DNA from: an uncultured Actinomycetota bacterium
Lineage (GTDB): Bacteria > Actinomycetota > Actinomycetes > Propionibacteriales > Nocardioidaceae
Assembly: GCA_963849475.1 (NCBI GenBank)
Contig: CAWKHC010000005.1
Location: forward strand, 164,903-228,902
DNA: 64,000 bases
Direction: 5' to 3'
Shown here: positions 9,792 to 18,961 of the stretch, piece after piece
Numbering within the stretch: the stretch's first letter is position 1
Layout: each line of letters begins with the position of its first letter
Position numbers and translations under genes: made by a program
Notes under the pieces: model-generated
The model's database searches: none
Seen by the model: only the letters and a program-made list of their open reading frames with translations
Told to the model about the DNA's origin: nothing

Positions 9792-9917
9792 GTCACTCCT
9801 TGAGTGGATGGTGCCCCCGAGTTGTCCGGGGATATCCGGGCCGACGGTGGTGCCACCGGCCCGAATGGTTACGGAATGATAACAATGCCCGAGCCGGGCG
9901 TACATCGGACGGGGATT

Positions 9918-10697
9918 TCAACCCTCGATCATGGGAGTGACATCGGCAATCGAGTCAAAGACATGGGTCGGCCTGAACGGGAACCGCTCGACCGCTCCGG
10001 CAGCCGTCGAGCCGGTGAGGACGAGGATGGTGCGCAGGCCCGCCTCGAGTCCCGAGAGCACGTCGGTGTCCATGCGATCGCCGATCATGATCGTGGTCTC
10101 CGAATGCGCCTCGATCTGGTTGAGCGCGCTGCGCATCATCAGCGGGTTGGGCTTGCCGACGAAGTAGGGTTCGACGCCGGTCGCCTTGGTGATGAGCGCA
10201 GCGACCGACCCGGTGGCGGGCATCGAGCCCTGCGGTGACGGACCGGTTGCATCGGGGTTGGTGGCGATGAACCGCGCACCGTTCTCGATCAGCTGGATGG
10301 CGCGGGTGATGGCCTCAAAGGAGTACGTCCGGGTCTCGCCGAGCACCACGTACTCGGGATCGCGGCTCGTCATGACGTAGCCGACGTTGTGCAGGGCGGT
10401 CGTCATCCCGGCCTCACCAATGACGTAGGCGGTGCCCTCGGGACGCTGCTCGCTCAGGAATTTCGCGGTCGCGAGCGCCGAGGTCCAGATCGCCTCTTCA
10501 GGCAGGTCGATGCCGGCCTGCTTGAGCCGGGCGCACAGATCGCGCGGGGTGAAGATCGAGTTGTTGGTCAGCACGAGGAACTTGCGTCCGCTCTGCTTCA
10601 GACGCGCGATGAACTCCGGTGCGCCGGGGATCGCCTTCTCTTCATGGACGAGCACTCCATCCATGTCAGTGAGCCAGGACTCAATGGGCTTCGTCAT
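9918..10697 (-). CDS. HAD-IIA hydrolase (NagD-like)
   Basis: DMDGVL, LTNNS, GKPN, IGDRMDTD motifs. Confidence 0.93.
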   Translation of the reverse strand: MTKPIESWLTDMDGVLVHEEKAIPGAPEFIARLKQSGRKFLVLTNNSIFTPRDLCARLKQAGIDLPEEAIWTSALATAKFLSEQRPEGTAYVIGEAGMTTALHNVGYVMTSRDPEYVVLGETRTYSFEAITRAIQLIENGARFIATNPDATGPSPQGSMPATGSVAALITKATGVEPYFVGKPNPLMMRSALNQIEAHSETTIMIGDRMDTDVLSGLEAGLRTILVLTGSTAAGAVERFPFRPTHVFDSIADVTPMIEG

Positions 10698-10763
10698 GTC
10701 TCCATTGTCCACCCGCATCCGGGGTTCGATGAAATCGTCGGCACTGGATAACCTTGAGCCCGC

Positions 10764-10837
10764 GCCCTCGTAGCTCAGTTGGATAGAGCGACCGCCTCCT
10801 AAGCGGTAGGTCACAGGTTCGATTCCTGTCGAGGGCA
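10764..10837 (+). tRNA. tRNA-Arg (anticodon CCT), CCA not encoded
   Basis: Acceptor GCCCTCG/CGAGGGC, D-arm GCTC..GAGC, anticodon arm ACCGC-CT-CCT-AA-GCGGT, T-arm ACAGG-TTCGATT-CCTGT. Confidence 0.97.
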
Positions 10838-10838
10838 C

Positions 10839-11474
10839 ATGTCCAGATCGTCGACCAACGACCCGACCAACCGGGCGAGATGGCGTACGGCCTGGGACAA
10901 GCAAGCCTCGACGTACGACCGCCAGATGGAGTTCTTCGACCGCAAGCTGTTCAAGGACAGCCGTCATTGGGTGTGCAGCCAGGCGACCGGAGACGTCCTC
11001 GAGGTCGCGATCGGCACAGGACTCAACCTCGAGCACTATCCGGCCGGTGTACGCCTCACCGGCATCGAGCTCAGTCCCGCGATGCTGCAGCTCGCCCGTG
11101 CGCGGCCGACCGACCTGGAGGTCGACCTCCGCGAGGGCGACGCGCATCGGCTCGACTTCGCGGACGACTCGTTCGACACCGTTGTCTGCACGTTCTCGCT
11201 GTGCGCGATCCCCGATCATCACCTCGCGGTCAAGGAGATGATCCGAGTCCTCAAACCCGGAGGCCTCCTGCTGCTTGCCGATCACGTGGCGAGTCCGAAC
11301 GTGATCGGCCGGGCGATCCAGCGGCTCGCGGAGGTCGTGACGGTACGCGTTGGTGGCGAGCACTTCCGGCGACGCCCGTTCGAGATCGTGAAGGCCCAAG
11401 GACTGGTCATCGAGCAACGCGAACGATTCGGGATGGGGCTGGTCGAGCGCTGCGCTGCGCGCAAGCCCAACTGA
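10839..11474 (+). CDS. Class I SAM-dependent methyltransferase
   Basis: VLEVAIGTG, GIELS, GDA, SFDTVV, RVLKPGG. Confidence 0.9.
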   Translation: MSRSSTNDPTNRARWRTAWDKQASTYDRQMEFFDRKLFKDSRHWVCSQATGDVLEVAIGTGLNLEHYPAGVRLTGIELSPAMLQLARARPTDLEVDLREGDAHRLDFADDSFDTVVCTFSLCAIPDHHLAVKEMIRVLKPGGLLLLADHVASPNVIGRAIQRLAEVVTVRVGGEHFRRRPFEIVKAQGLVIEQRERFGMGLVERCAARKPN

Positions 11475-11492
11475 CCGTAGCGTTGTCGCACC

Positions 11493-12485
11493 ATGGTCCG
11501 CCTACGTCGTACGTCGCCCAGCTCGGCTGGCTGGGCGCGCATCAAGCACGGCCGCGGGTTCCGCTATCTGGATCAGGACGGCGCACCGCTCGAGGAGATC
11601 GATGTCGAGCGCTGCAAGAAGCTGGTGATCCCGCCGGCCTGGACCGAGGTGTGGATCTGCCCGGTTGAGAACGGCCACCTGCAGGCCGTCGGCACTGACA
11701 TGGCCGGTCGCCGGCAGTACCTCTATCACCCGGACTGGCGCATCCGTCGCGACCTCGAGAAGTTCGAGAAGATGGAGGGCTTCGCCGCGGCCCTGCTCAA
11801 GCACCGCGCCGAGTCACGGCGCGACCTGGGCGGCGACGAGCTGACCCTCGAACGCGTCGTCGCGACGACGTTCAGCCTGCTGGATCTGGGCATGTTCCGC
11901 ATCGGCTCGGACCGCTATGCCGAGGAGAACGGCAGCTACGGGCTCACGACGCTGGAGAAGCAACACGTCCACGTCGACGGCAAGGCGGTGTCGTTCGCAT
12001 ACGCGGCCAAGTCCGGCCAAGAGGTCGAGGTGACGGTGCGCGACGAACGCGTCGCCGAGGTGCTCAGGGCACTCAAGCGTCGACGGGGCAGCGACCGACT
12101 GCTGGCGTACAAGGTTGATGGTCGCTGGAAGGACATCGCCGCCGACGACGTCAACACCTACATCAAGGGACTGCTCGGCGACGACTACTCCGCCAAGGAT
12201 TTCCGTACGTGGCGCGGCACCGCGATCGCAGCCCTGGCGCTGGCCCGTGCGAAGGCCGACACCCCCACAGCGCGCAAACGAGCCATCACCCGCGCCATGG
12301 AGACGGTGTCCGAACACCTCGGCAACACGCCGACCATCGCCCGCACGTCGTACGTCGACCCGCGCGTCGTCGACCTGTTCAATGACGGCGTGACCGTGAA
12401 GGCGGGCCACAGCAGGGCCGCGCCGGGCGCGCCGATCAGCCGGACGCTGGAGCGTCAGGTGCTGCGCCTGCTGAAGCGCGCCTAG
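11493..12485 (+). CDS. DNA topoisomerase IB (bacterial, poxvirus-like)
   Basis: IPPAWTEVWI, GRRQY.YH, and catalytic residues in FRIG, AKSG, KDFRTW, LGNT and TSYV. Confidence 0.93.
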   Translation: MVRLRRTSPSSAGWARIKHGRGFRYLDQDGAPLEEIDVERCKKLVIPPAWTEVWICPVENGHLQAVGTDMAGRRQYLYHPDWRIRRDLEKFEKMEGFAAALLKHRAESRRDLGGDELTLERVVATTFSLLDLGMFRIGSDRYAEENGSYGLTTLEKQHVHVDGKAVSFAYAAKSGQEVEVTVRDERVAEVLRALKRRRGSDRLLAYKVDGRWKDIAADDVNTYIKGLLGDDYSAKDFRTWRGTAIAALALARAKADTPTARKRAITRAMETVSEHLGNTPTIARTSYVDPRVVDLFNDGVTVKAGHSRAAPGAPISRTLERQVLRLLKRA

Positions 12486-12489
12486 GGCG

Positions 12490-13149
12490 TCAGATGCCGG
12501 TGATCGAGATGCTGGCGTGCGTCTTGTGGCGACGGTTGATCGCGATCAGGTTGGCGGTCAGCGCCTCGACCTGGAACGCGTTGCGCAGTCGTCCGCCGAA
12601 CACGCCCCGTGCGCCAGCGATCCGTCCGGTCAGGGCGATGATCGTGTCGACCGCCTCGCGGTCCTCACCCAGCACCAGCACATCGGATCCGACCGACTCG
12701 ATCGTCTCGTCGAGCAGGATGACGGCCGAGACGTTGTGGAACGCGCCGATCACGGTGCTCTCAGTCAGGATCGCCGCGGCTTCCTCGCACGCGCTGCCAT
12801 CGGGCACGCGGATGGGGAACGGGCCCTGCTTGTCGAAGCCGAGAGGGTTGACGCAGTCGACGACGATCTTGCCGCGGAGCTGCGGCTCCAGCTCGGCGAG
12901 CAGCTCACGGTGACCGTCGTACGGAACGGCGACGATCACGATCGTGGCCTGCTCAGCGCAGGAGGCGTTGTCGGTCCCGGTGACCGACGGATGCAGTGCC
13001 GCCGCGGCTTCGCTGGCGCGGCCCGCATCGCGGGAGCCGAGCACCACGGACAGTCCACCCTGGGCCAGTCGCAGGGCGAGACCGCGGCCCTGTGCACCTG
13101 TGCCGCCAAGCACGCCGATGACCTGGTCGTCGAGACCGGCTGTAGTCAT
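12490..13149 (-). CDS. npdG: NADPH-dependent F420 reductase (Fno/NpdG)
   Basis: GGTGAQGRGLA, AVPY, DCVNPL, AFHNVSA, VEALTANLI; adjacent to F420 genes. Confidence 0.92.
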   Translation of the reverse strand: MTTAGLDDQVIGVLGGTGAQGRGLALRLAQGGLSVVLGSRDAGRASEAAAALHPSVTGTDNASCAEQATIVIVAVPYDGHRELLAELEPQLRGKIVVDCVNPLGFDKQGPFPIRVPDGSACEEAAAILTESTVIGAFHNVSAVILLDETIESVGSDVLVLGEDREAVDTIIALTGRIAGARGVFGGRLRNAFQVEALTANLIAINRRHKTHASISITGI

Positions 13150-13282
13150 GTCACCTCAGAGGAGAAGGAAGAACGAGAGTGAAGCACGGTCACGCTAGCG
13201 GTGCACCCGACTGTGATGCACAGCACAGCACTGGAAAGCACCGTGGTGAACGGCGCGAGGACCCATCAGGCAAAATCATCGT

Positions 13283-15808
13283 GTGCCCAATGATGGTGTG
13301 CCCAACGAGCGGGAGATCGCTCGAGCAGTCCGACGTGCCGCGGCCGGCAAGTCGATCGACGCGAGCGAGGCCGCCGGACTGCTGAGTGCGCGCGGCGAGC
13401 TGTTGCGCGAGCTGATGGCGACTGCGGCACGCATCCGGGATGCCGGGCTCGACGACGCCGGTCGGCCCGGCATCGTCACATACAGCAAGAAGGTCTTCAT
13501 CCCGCTGACCCGGCTGTGCCGCGATCGCTGCCACTACTGCACGTTCGCCACCACACCCAACCGACTGCCGGCGCCGTTCCTGTCGCCCGACGAGGTGCTG
13601 GACATCGCCCGCAAGGGTGCAGCAATGGGCTGCAAGGAAGCGCTCTTCACCCTCGGCGATCGCCCGGAGGACCGCTGGGACGACGCCAAGGAGTGGCTCG
13701 AGGCAGCGGGGTACGACAGCACGCTGGAGTACGTACGTGCGATGGCGATCCGGGTGCTGGAGGAGACCGGGCTGCTGCCCCACCTCAACCCCGGCGTGAT
13801 GAGCTGGAAGGAGATGTCGCGGCTCAAGCCGACCGCGCCGTCGATGGGCATGATGCTCGAGACGACCAGCCGCAAGCTCTACGAGGAGAAGGGTCAGGCG
13901 CACTACGCGAGCCCCGACAAGGACCCCGACGTACGCCTGCGCGTGCTCGAGGACGCCGGCCGCCTCAACATCCCGTTCACCACGGGGTTGCTGATCGGCA
14001 TCGGCGAGACGATCGAGGACCGGGTCGAGAGCATCTTCGAGCTGCGCCGCATCGCCCGTACGTACGGCTCGATCCAGGAAGTCATCATCCAGAACTTCGT
14101 GTCCAAGGACGACACGGCGATGCGCCAGACGCCAGACCTCGAGGTCGACGAGTACCTCGCGGCGATCGCGACGACCCGCATCCTGATGGGTCCGGCGATG
14201 CGCATCCAGGCGCCGCCCAACCTGGTCGACCTCGACGACTGCGTGTCGCTGCTCGATGCCGGCGTCGACGACTTCGGCGGCATCAGCCCGCTGACCCCGG
14301 ACCACGTCAACCCCGAGCGCCCGTGGCCCGAGCTCACGGCCCTGACCGAGCTGGTGGCCTCTCACGGATTTGCGCTGACCGAGCGCCTGACGGCTCACCC
14401 GCAGTACCTGCAGGAGCCCTGGCTCGATCCGCGACTGCTCCCGCACGTGGATGCACTCGTTGGCTCGGATGGACTGGCGCGTCCGGATGCTCGCGCCGAG
14501 GGTCTGCCGTGGCAGGAGCCCGATGGCGGCTGGTCCCCGACCGGCTGGCTGTCGCAGGGCCGTACCGAGCTGCACACGGAGATCGACACGGTGGGCCGTA
14601 CGACCGACCGCCGCAGCGACTTCGAGGACGTCTACGGCGACTGGTCGGTGTTCCGCGAGGGCCAGGCCCTGCGCGAGTCCGCCGCTGTCGTAGGTGTCGG
14701 CGATGGCGGGTTCAGCGCCGCGATGCGTGCTGCCGAGCGCGACCCGTCCGGGCTGTCGGATGCCGACGCACTGGTGCTCATGACGTCGGAGGGTTCGCAC
14801 CTCGACGAGCTTGCCGCGTACGCCGACGAGCTGCGGCGTCAGGCGGTCGGCGACGAGATCACCTACATCGTCAACCGCAACATCAACTTCACCAATGTCT
14901 GCTACACCGGCTGCCGGTTCTGCGCGTTCGCCCAGCGGCGCACCGATGCCGACGCCTACACGCTGTCGCTCGACGAGATCGGCGTTCGCGCCAGCGAAGC
15001 CGTCGAGCTCGGCGCGACCGAGGTCTGCATGCAGGGCGGCATCCACCCAGACCTGCCCGGTACGGCGTACTTCGACATCGCCGCCGAGGTGAAGCGACGT
15101 GAGCCGAGCCTGCACGTGCACGCGTTCAGCCCGATGGAGGTCATGAACGGCGTCAGCCGTACCGGCCTGTCGATCCGCGACTTCCTGATCAAGGCCAAGG
15201 AGTCGGGCGTCGACTCGTTGCCTGGCACCGCCGCCGAGATCCTTGACGACGACGTCCGCTGGATCCTGACCAAGGGCAAGCTGCCGACCTCAGAGTGGAT
15301 CGACGTCATCCGTACGGCGCACGAGATCGGCCTGCCGACGACGTCGACGATGATGTACGGCCACGTCGACCACCCCGGCCACTGGGTCAACCACCTGCGC
15401 ACCCTGGCCAACCTGCAGCGTGAGACCGGCGGGTTCACCGAGTTCGTGCCGCTGCCGTTCGTGCACCAGTCGTCGCCGATCTACCTCGCCGGTGTCGCGC
15501 GCCCCGGTCCGTCGGTCCGCGACAACCGTGCCGTGCACGCGATGTCGCGCATCATGCTGCACGGCCTGATCGACAACATCCAGTGCTCGTGGGTCAAGCT
15601 CGGCCCGGAGACCTGCACTGAAGTCCTCAACGGCGGCGTCAACGACCTCGGCGGCACCCTGATGGAGGAGACCATCAGCCGCATGGCCGGCAGCACCAAC
15701 GGTTCGCGCAAGTCGATCGAAGAGCTCGAGGCGATGGCGGCGCTGGCCGGTCGTCCGGCCGTACAGCGCACCACGACGTACGGCCGGGTCGCGGCAGTGC
15801 CGGCATGA
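13283..15808 (+). CDS. fbiC: Bifunctional FO synthase (CofG-CofH fusion)
   Basis: Two radical-SAM motifs, CRDRCHYC and CYTGCRFC; [10 protein letters not shown]; [14 protein letters not shown]. Confidence 0.96.
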   Translation: MPNDGVPNEREIARAVRRAAAGKSIDASEAAGLLSARGELLRELMATAARIRDAGLDDAGRPGIVTYSKKVFIPLTRLCRDRCHYCTFATTPNRLPAPFLSPDEVLDIARKGAAMGCKEALFTLGDRPEDRWDDAKEWLEAAGYDSTLEYVRAMAIRVLEETGLLPHLNPGVMSWKEMSRLKPTAPSMGMMLETTSRKLYEEKGQAHYASPDKDPDVRLRVLEDAGRLNIPFTTGLLIGIGETIEDRVESIFELRRIARTYGSIQEVIIQNFVSKDDTAMRQTPDLEVDEYLAAIATTRILMGPAMRIQAPPNLVDLDDCVSLLDAGVDDFGGISPLTPDHVNPERPWPELTALTELVASHGFALTERLTAHPQYLQEPWLDPRLLPHVDALVGSDGLARPDARAEGLPWQEPDGGWSPTGWLSQGRTELHTEIDTVGRTTDRRSDFEDVYGDWSVFREGQALRESAAVVGVGDGGFSAAMRAAERDPSGLSDADALVLMTSEGSHLDELAAYADELRRQAVGDEITYIVNRNINFTNVCYTGCRFCAFAQRRTDADAYTLSLDEIGVRASEAVELGATEVCMQGGIHPDLPGTAYFDIAAEVKRREPSLHVHAFSPMEVMNGVSRTGLSIRDFLIKAKESGVDSLPGTAAEILDDDVRWILTKGKLPTSEWIDVIRTAHEIGLPTTSTMMYGHVDHPGHWVNHLRTLANLQRETGGFTEFVPLPFVHQSSPIYLAGVARPGPSVRDNRAVHAMSRIMLHGLIDNIQCSWVKLGPETCTEVLNGGVNDLGGTLMEETISRMAGSTNGSRKSIEELEAMAALAGRPAVQRTTTYGRVAAVPA

Positions 15809-16439
15809 CGACGGCGATCATGCCGATCAAGCCGTGGGACGGTGCGAAGTCACGGCTCCATGCCTCGTCCGACGCACGCCGCGCTCTCGCGAGGGCTTTC
15901 GCGCACGATGCGCTCGATGCCGTGATCGGGTGCGCTGCAGTGGACGCGTCGTCGTGGTGACGAGCGGCGACGAGGTCGCGACGTATGCCCGCAGCGTCGG
16001 CGCCATCGCGATCGACGAGCCCGTCGATCCCGGCCCCGATCCGCTCGGTGCGGCCGTACGCGAGGGCGTCGCCTGGGCACTCGAGCATCATCCTGATGAC
16101 CCGCTCGCCGTGATCCCGGCAGACCTGCCCTCGCTGACGTCGAGCGAGCTCGGGCTGTTGCTCGGCACGGCCGCCGCCCACCCGTTGGCCTTCGTCGCCG
16201 ATGCCAACGGTGATGGCACCACGATCCTTTCGAGCCAGCGCCCTTCACTCCTCCAGGCTGGATACGGACCCGGATCGGCCGAGCGTCATCGTTCGTACGG
16301 TGCCGTCCAGCTGGATGCGCCGGCGGGCCTGCGCCGTGACGTCGATGAGTTCCACGAGCTGCTCGAGGCGCAAGAGATCGGCGTCGGCGCTCATACAGCG
16401 GCCGCGCTCGAACGCCTCAACACCCGCGCCTCGGCTTAG
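15805..16439 (+). CDS. fbiD: Phosphoenolpyruvate/2-phospho-L-lactate guanylyltransferase, with an apparent -1 frameshift near 15947
   Basis: ATG overlaps the fbiC stop. [18 protein letters not shown]...DALDAV is in one frame; VVVVT...ADLP...DANGDGTT...GPGSAERH...RRDVD is in another. Confidence 0.85.
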
Positions 16440-16468
16440 CCTTTCGGCTTGCGCTGGCGCGCCCATCT

Positions 16469-16537
16469 CGGTGGTTGACTAGCTGGGGGTCCCCCAACGA
16501 GCTTGCGAGTAGGGGGCGGAACGAGCGTATCGAAACC
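16469..16537. repeat. Actinobacterial REP-like palindromic element
   Basis: GGTGGTTGACTAG...CCCCC-AAC-GAGCTTGCGA-GT-A-GGGGG...CGTATCGAAACC. The end motif recurs at 38184-38195 (CGTCTCGAAACC). Confidence 0.6.
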
Positions 16538-16733
16538 TCGCAACGCCACAGGCTCGCGCGAGTGTGTGGTAAAAGGGCGGCATAGAAGAGGTGTGTGGCT
16601 GGTTGGGCTTGTGATCTCGCCTCGTTCGGCGGTGCAGTCACCTCTCATCCACAGTCATGTAGCGACCGGCGAGTTTATCCACAGATATTTCCTCTTATTT
16701 CAGGAAAATAGTTGTGCATGACCTCTTGATTTG

Positions 16734-16755
16734 CGTCGGTTGCTCTGGATAGAAT
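16734..16755 (+). promoter_or_regulatory. RecA-NDp / PafBC-type DNA-damage promoter
   Basis: CGTCGG-N10-TAGAAT versus consensus TGTCGG-N10-TANNNT (1 mismatch). Confidence 0.6.
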
Positions 16756-16770
16756 CGAACATACGTTCTA
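16755..16770. promoter_or_regulatory. LexA (SOS) box
   Basis: TCGAACATACGTTCTA versus actinobacterial TCGAAC-N4-GTTCGA (1 mismatch), abutting the -10. Confidence 0.85.
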
Positions 16771-16791
16771 ACAATTGACCGGGGGGTCCTG

Positions 16792-18072
16792 ATGCTGATC
16801 GAGCAGCTTGAGTCGTTGACCGACGACCTCGCCGCGTTCGAGGCCTGGACACTCACGAGTTCTGAGGTTCGCGAGGCTGCGGTTGCCATGCAGAAGGCCC
16901 GCACCGCCATGGACGCAGCGCTGTCTCGTCTTGCTGGTGCTGCCGATGACATGGGTCTGGCCAAGGATGACGGCGCCACCTCGACCACCACCTGGCTGTC
17001 CAACACCACCGGCATCAGCAAGGGTGAGGCGGCCAAGCTCGTCAGCCTTTCGCGCGTGACCACCAAGCTCACCGGTGCCGCGTGGATGTTTGGACAGGTC
17101 ACCACCGACCAGGCGTCGGTGATCATGAAAGCCATCCATGGACTGCCCGGCTGGGTTGGTGACGAAGAACGCGATGACGCCGAGCAGCACTTGATTGCTT
17201 TGGCGACTGACCACAACCTTGACGATCTGAAACGGCTGGCCAATCACGTCATGGAAGTCATCGACCCCGACGGTGCCGACGAACTCCTCGGCCAGAAGCT
17301 GTTGGCTGAGGAACAGCGCGCCTGGGACGCGACCCGGCTCACGACACGTCGCTGTGGTGATGGCACCACCGACGGGAAGTTCAAGCTTCCCGACTCAGAC
17401 GCTGACGCGTTGGTCGCGGCCATCGAAGGGATCATCGCCCCACGACGGGCGTCTATGAACGAAACCCGCCACGGTGTTGACGACTTCAACGCACTCCCGC
17501 GTGCCCAGCGGATGGGACTGGCGTTCACCGAGCTCATCAACCACCTGCCCACCGAGTCACTGCCCAAAGCCGGCGGACTCGCAGCCACCGTGGCCGTCAC
17601 CATCGACATCGACGACCTCCGCACCGGACAAGGAGTCGCGACCACCACGTCCGGCACCCTCATCTCCGCCACCAAGGCACAACGACTCGCCTGCAACGCC
17701 CACCTCGTCGCCCTCTACCTGGACTCCAACTCCCGCGTCCTCGACCACGGCATGGCCAAGCGGCTGTTCGACCGCCACCAACGTCTCGCCCTCGCCGTCC
17801 GCGACGGTGGCTGCGTCTGGCCAGGCTGTGACCGCCCACCAGCCTGGTGCGAAGCGCACCACCTCAACTTCTGGTCCGAACACGGACCCACCGACCTCGA
17901 CAACGCAGGCCTGTTCTGCCATTTCCACCACCAGCTGCTCCACGAAGGCCAATGGACAGCACGCATGGCCACAGACGGCGTCGTCGAAGTCATCCCACCC
18001 AGACGCGTCGACCCCAACCAACAACCCAGACGTCACGCCAGATTCACCCAACAACAACCCCGCGCCGCCTGA
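16792..18072 (+). CDS. DUF222 + HNH endonuclease (13E12-repeat-family-like)
   Basis: RLACNA, RDGGCVWPGC...CEAHH...GPTDLDN...C.FHH..LH; codon use differs from neighbours. Confidence 0.92.
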   Translation: MLIEQLESLTDDLAAFEAWTLTSSEVREAAVAMQKARTAMDAALSRLAGAADDMGLAKDDGATSTTTWLSNTTGISKGEAAKLVSLSRVTTKLTGAAWMFGQVTTDQASVIMKAIHGLPGWVGDEERDDAEQHLIALATDHNLDDLKRLANHVMEVIDPDGADELLGQKLLAEEQRAWDATRLTTRRCGDGTTDGKFKLPDSDADALVAAIEGIIAPRRASMNETRHGVDDFNALPRAQRMGLAFTELINHLPTESLPKAGGLAATVAVTIDIDDLRTGQGVATTTSGTLISATKAQRLACNAHLVALYLDSNSRVLDHGMAKRLFDRHQRLALAVRDGGCVWPGCDRPPAWCEAHHLNFWSEHGPTDLDNAGLFCHFHHQLLHEGQWTARMATDGVVEVIPPRRVDPNQQPRRHARFTQQQPRAA

Positions 18073-18131
18073 CGGGCGGTCGGGAAGGCGAACACAAGCG
18101 GCTTGGCAGCCAATTGCGGCACACTTGCGCT

Positions 18132-18494
18132 ATGGCATCGGTGACCGTCACTAGGTCTCGCGAATGGTGGGGCTTCCACCGACGCATGCGTATCGAGATG
18201 GATGGCAATCGGGTCGGTAACGTTCGCAATGGGCATGCCCTCAAGGTCGACGTCCCACCTGGCTCCCACACCTTCCGGGCCTTCATGGGGTGGGTTGGTT
18301 CGAAGTCGCTTCCAGTCGGCGTCCGCGAAGGCAGCGTGACAGCGCTCGGCGTTCGTGCACCTTGGCAGGAGGCGGTTGAGGCGACAGCCTCCTACCGTCC
18401 AATGGGTCCGCAGGCCAAAGGTGTCGGCCACTACACGAATGGCACGCCGGATGAGGGGCTGGAGATTTGGGAGTATCCGGCGTCGACTGAGTGA
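18132..18494 (+). CDS. Hypothetical beta-rich protein, lower GC, cassette-like
   Basis: MASVTVTRSRE...IEMDGNRVGNVRNG...VPPGSHTF; CACACT shortly upstream of the ATG. Confidence 0.65.
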   Translation: MASVTVTRSREWWGFHRRMRIEMDGNRVGNVRNGHALKVDVPPGSHTFRAFMGWVGSKSLPVGVREGSVTALGVRAPWQEAVEATASYRPMGPQAKGVGHYTNGTPDEGLEIWEYPASTE

Positions 18495-18514
18495 GTGCTT
18501 TGGGAGCTCGCGGC

Positions 18515-18934
18515 TTAGCTGTTTGCTTGCGAAGACTTCTTGCGGACGGCCTCACAGACCGCGAGGAGAAATCCCGCGATCAGTGAGAATCCAATGGCGT
18601 AGACGGTCGCGACCAATGGATAGATCGGCGGGAAGGTGATCTCACTGGGCTCTCCCGGACCAGACCAATCGAGGGCGGGAAACGCGCCGATCAGCATTCC
18701 CATCACCAACGCGATCGGCAGCATCGCGAGCCACGGGACGATCGTCTTGAACGGTCCGCGCTTGATCGTCTGAGCGCATACGACGCCAATGAGCAGGACA
18801 GCGGCAAGCAGGTTGCTGCCAGCGGAGTTCTCGAGAACCAGTGCGTATACGGCGACGACAGTGAGGACGTCGATCAGCAGGATCCAGGCGACCTGCCGCC
18901 CGTACGTCTGCCTCCTCGTCGCCATGTCAGCCAC
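18515..18934 (-). CDS. Hypothetical membrane protein (~4 TM)
   Basis: Four hydrophobic segments; TAGAGT-N6-GTG leaderless-type start. Confidence 0.65.
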   Translation of the reverse strand: MADMATRRQTYGRQVAWILLIDVLTVVAVYALVLENSAGSNLLAAVLLIGVVCAQTIKRGPFKTIVPWLAMLPIALVMGMLIGAFPALDWSGPGEPSEITFPPIYPLVATVYAIGFSLIAGFLLAVCEAVRKKSSQANS

Positions 18935-18961
18935 GCTCGCACTCTAATGGCCGGCGCGGGT

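Noticed and set aside
10764-12485. Prophage or ICE integrated at tRNA-Arg
   Set aside because: No integrase, phage or conjugation genes, and I saw no duplicated tRNA 3' end. The tyrosine-catalytic protein has TopIB motifs rather than recombinase motifs.
15930-15960. Programmed ribosomal frameshift in fbiD (or mutA)
   Set aside because: No slippery heptamer is present, and similar breaks are scattered over unrelated genes, favouring sequence error.
16645-16710. Replication origin
   Set aside because: One perfect and one imperfect DnaA box only, and no dnaA/dnaN nearby.
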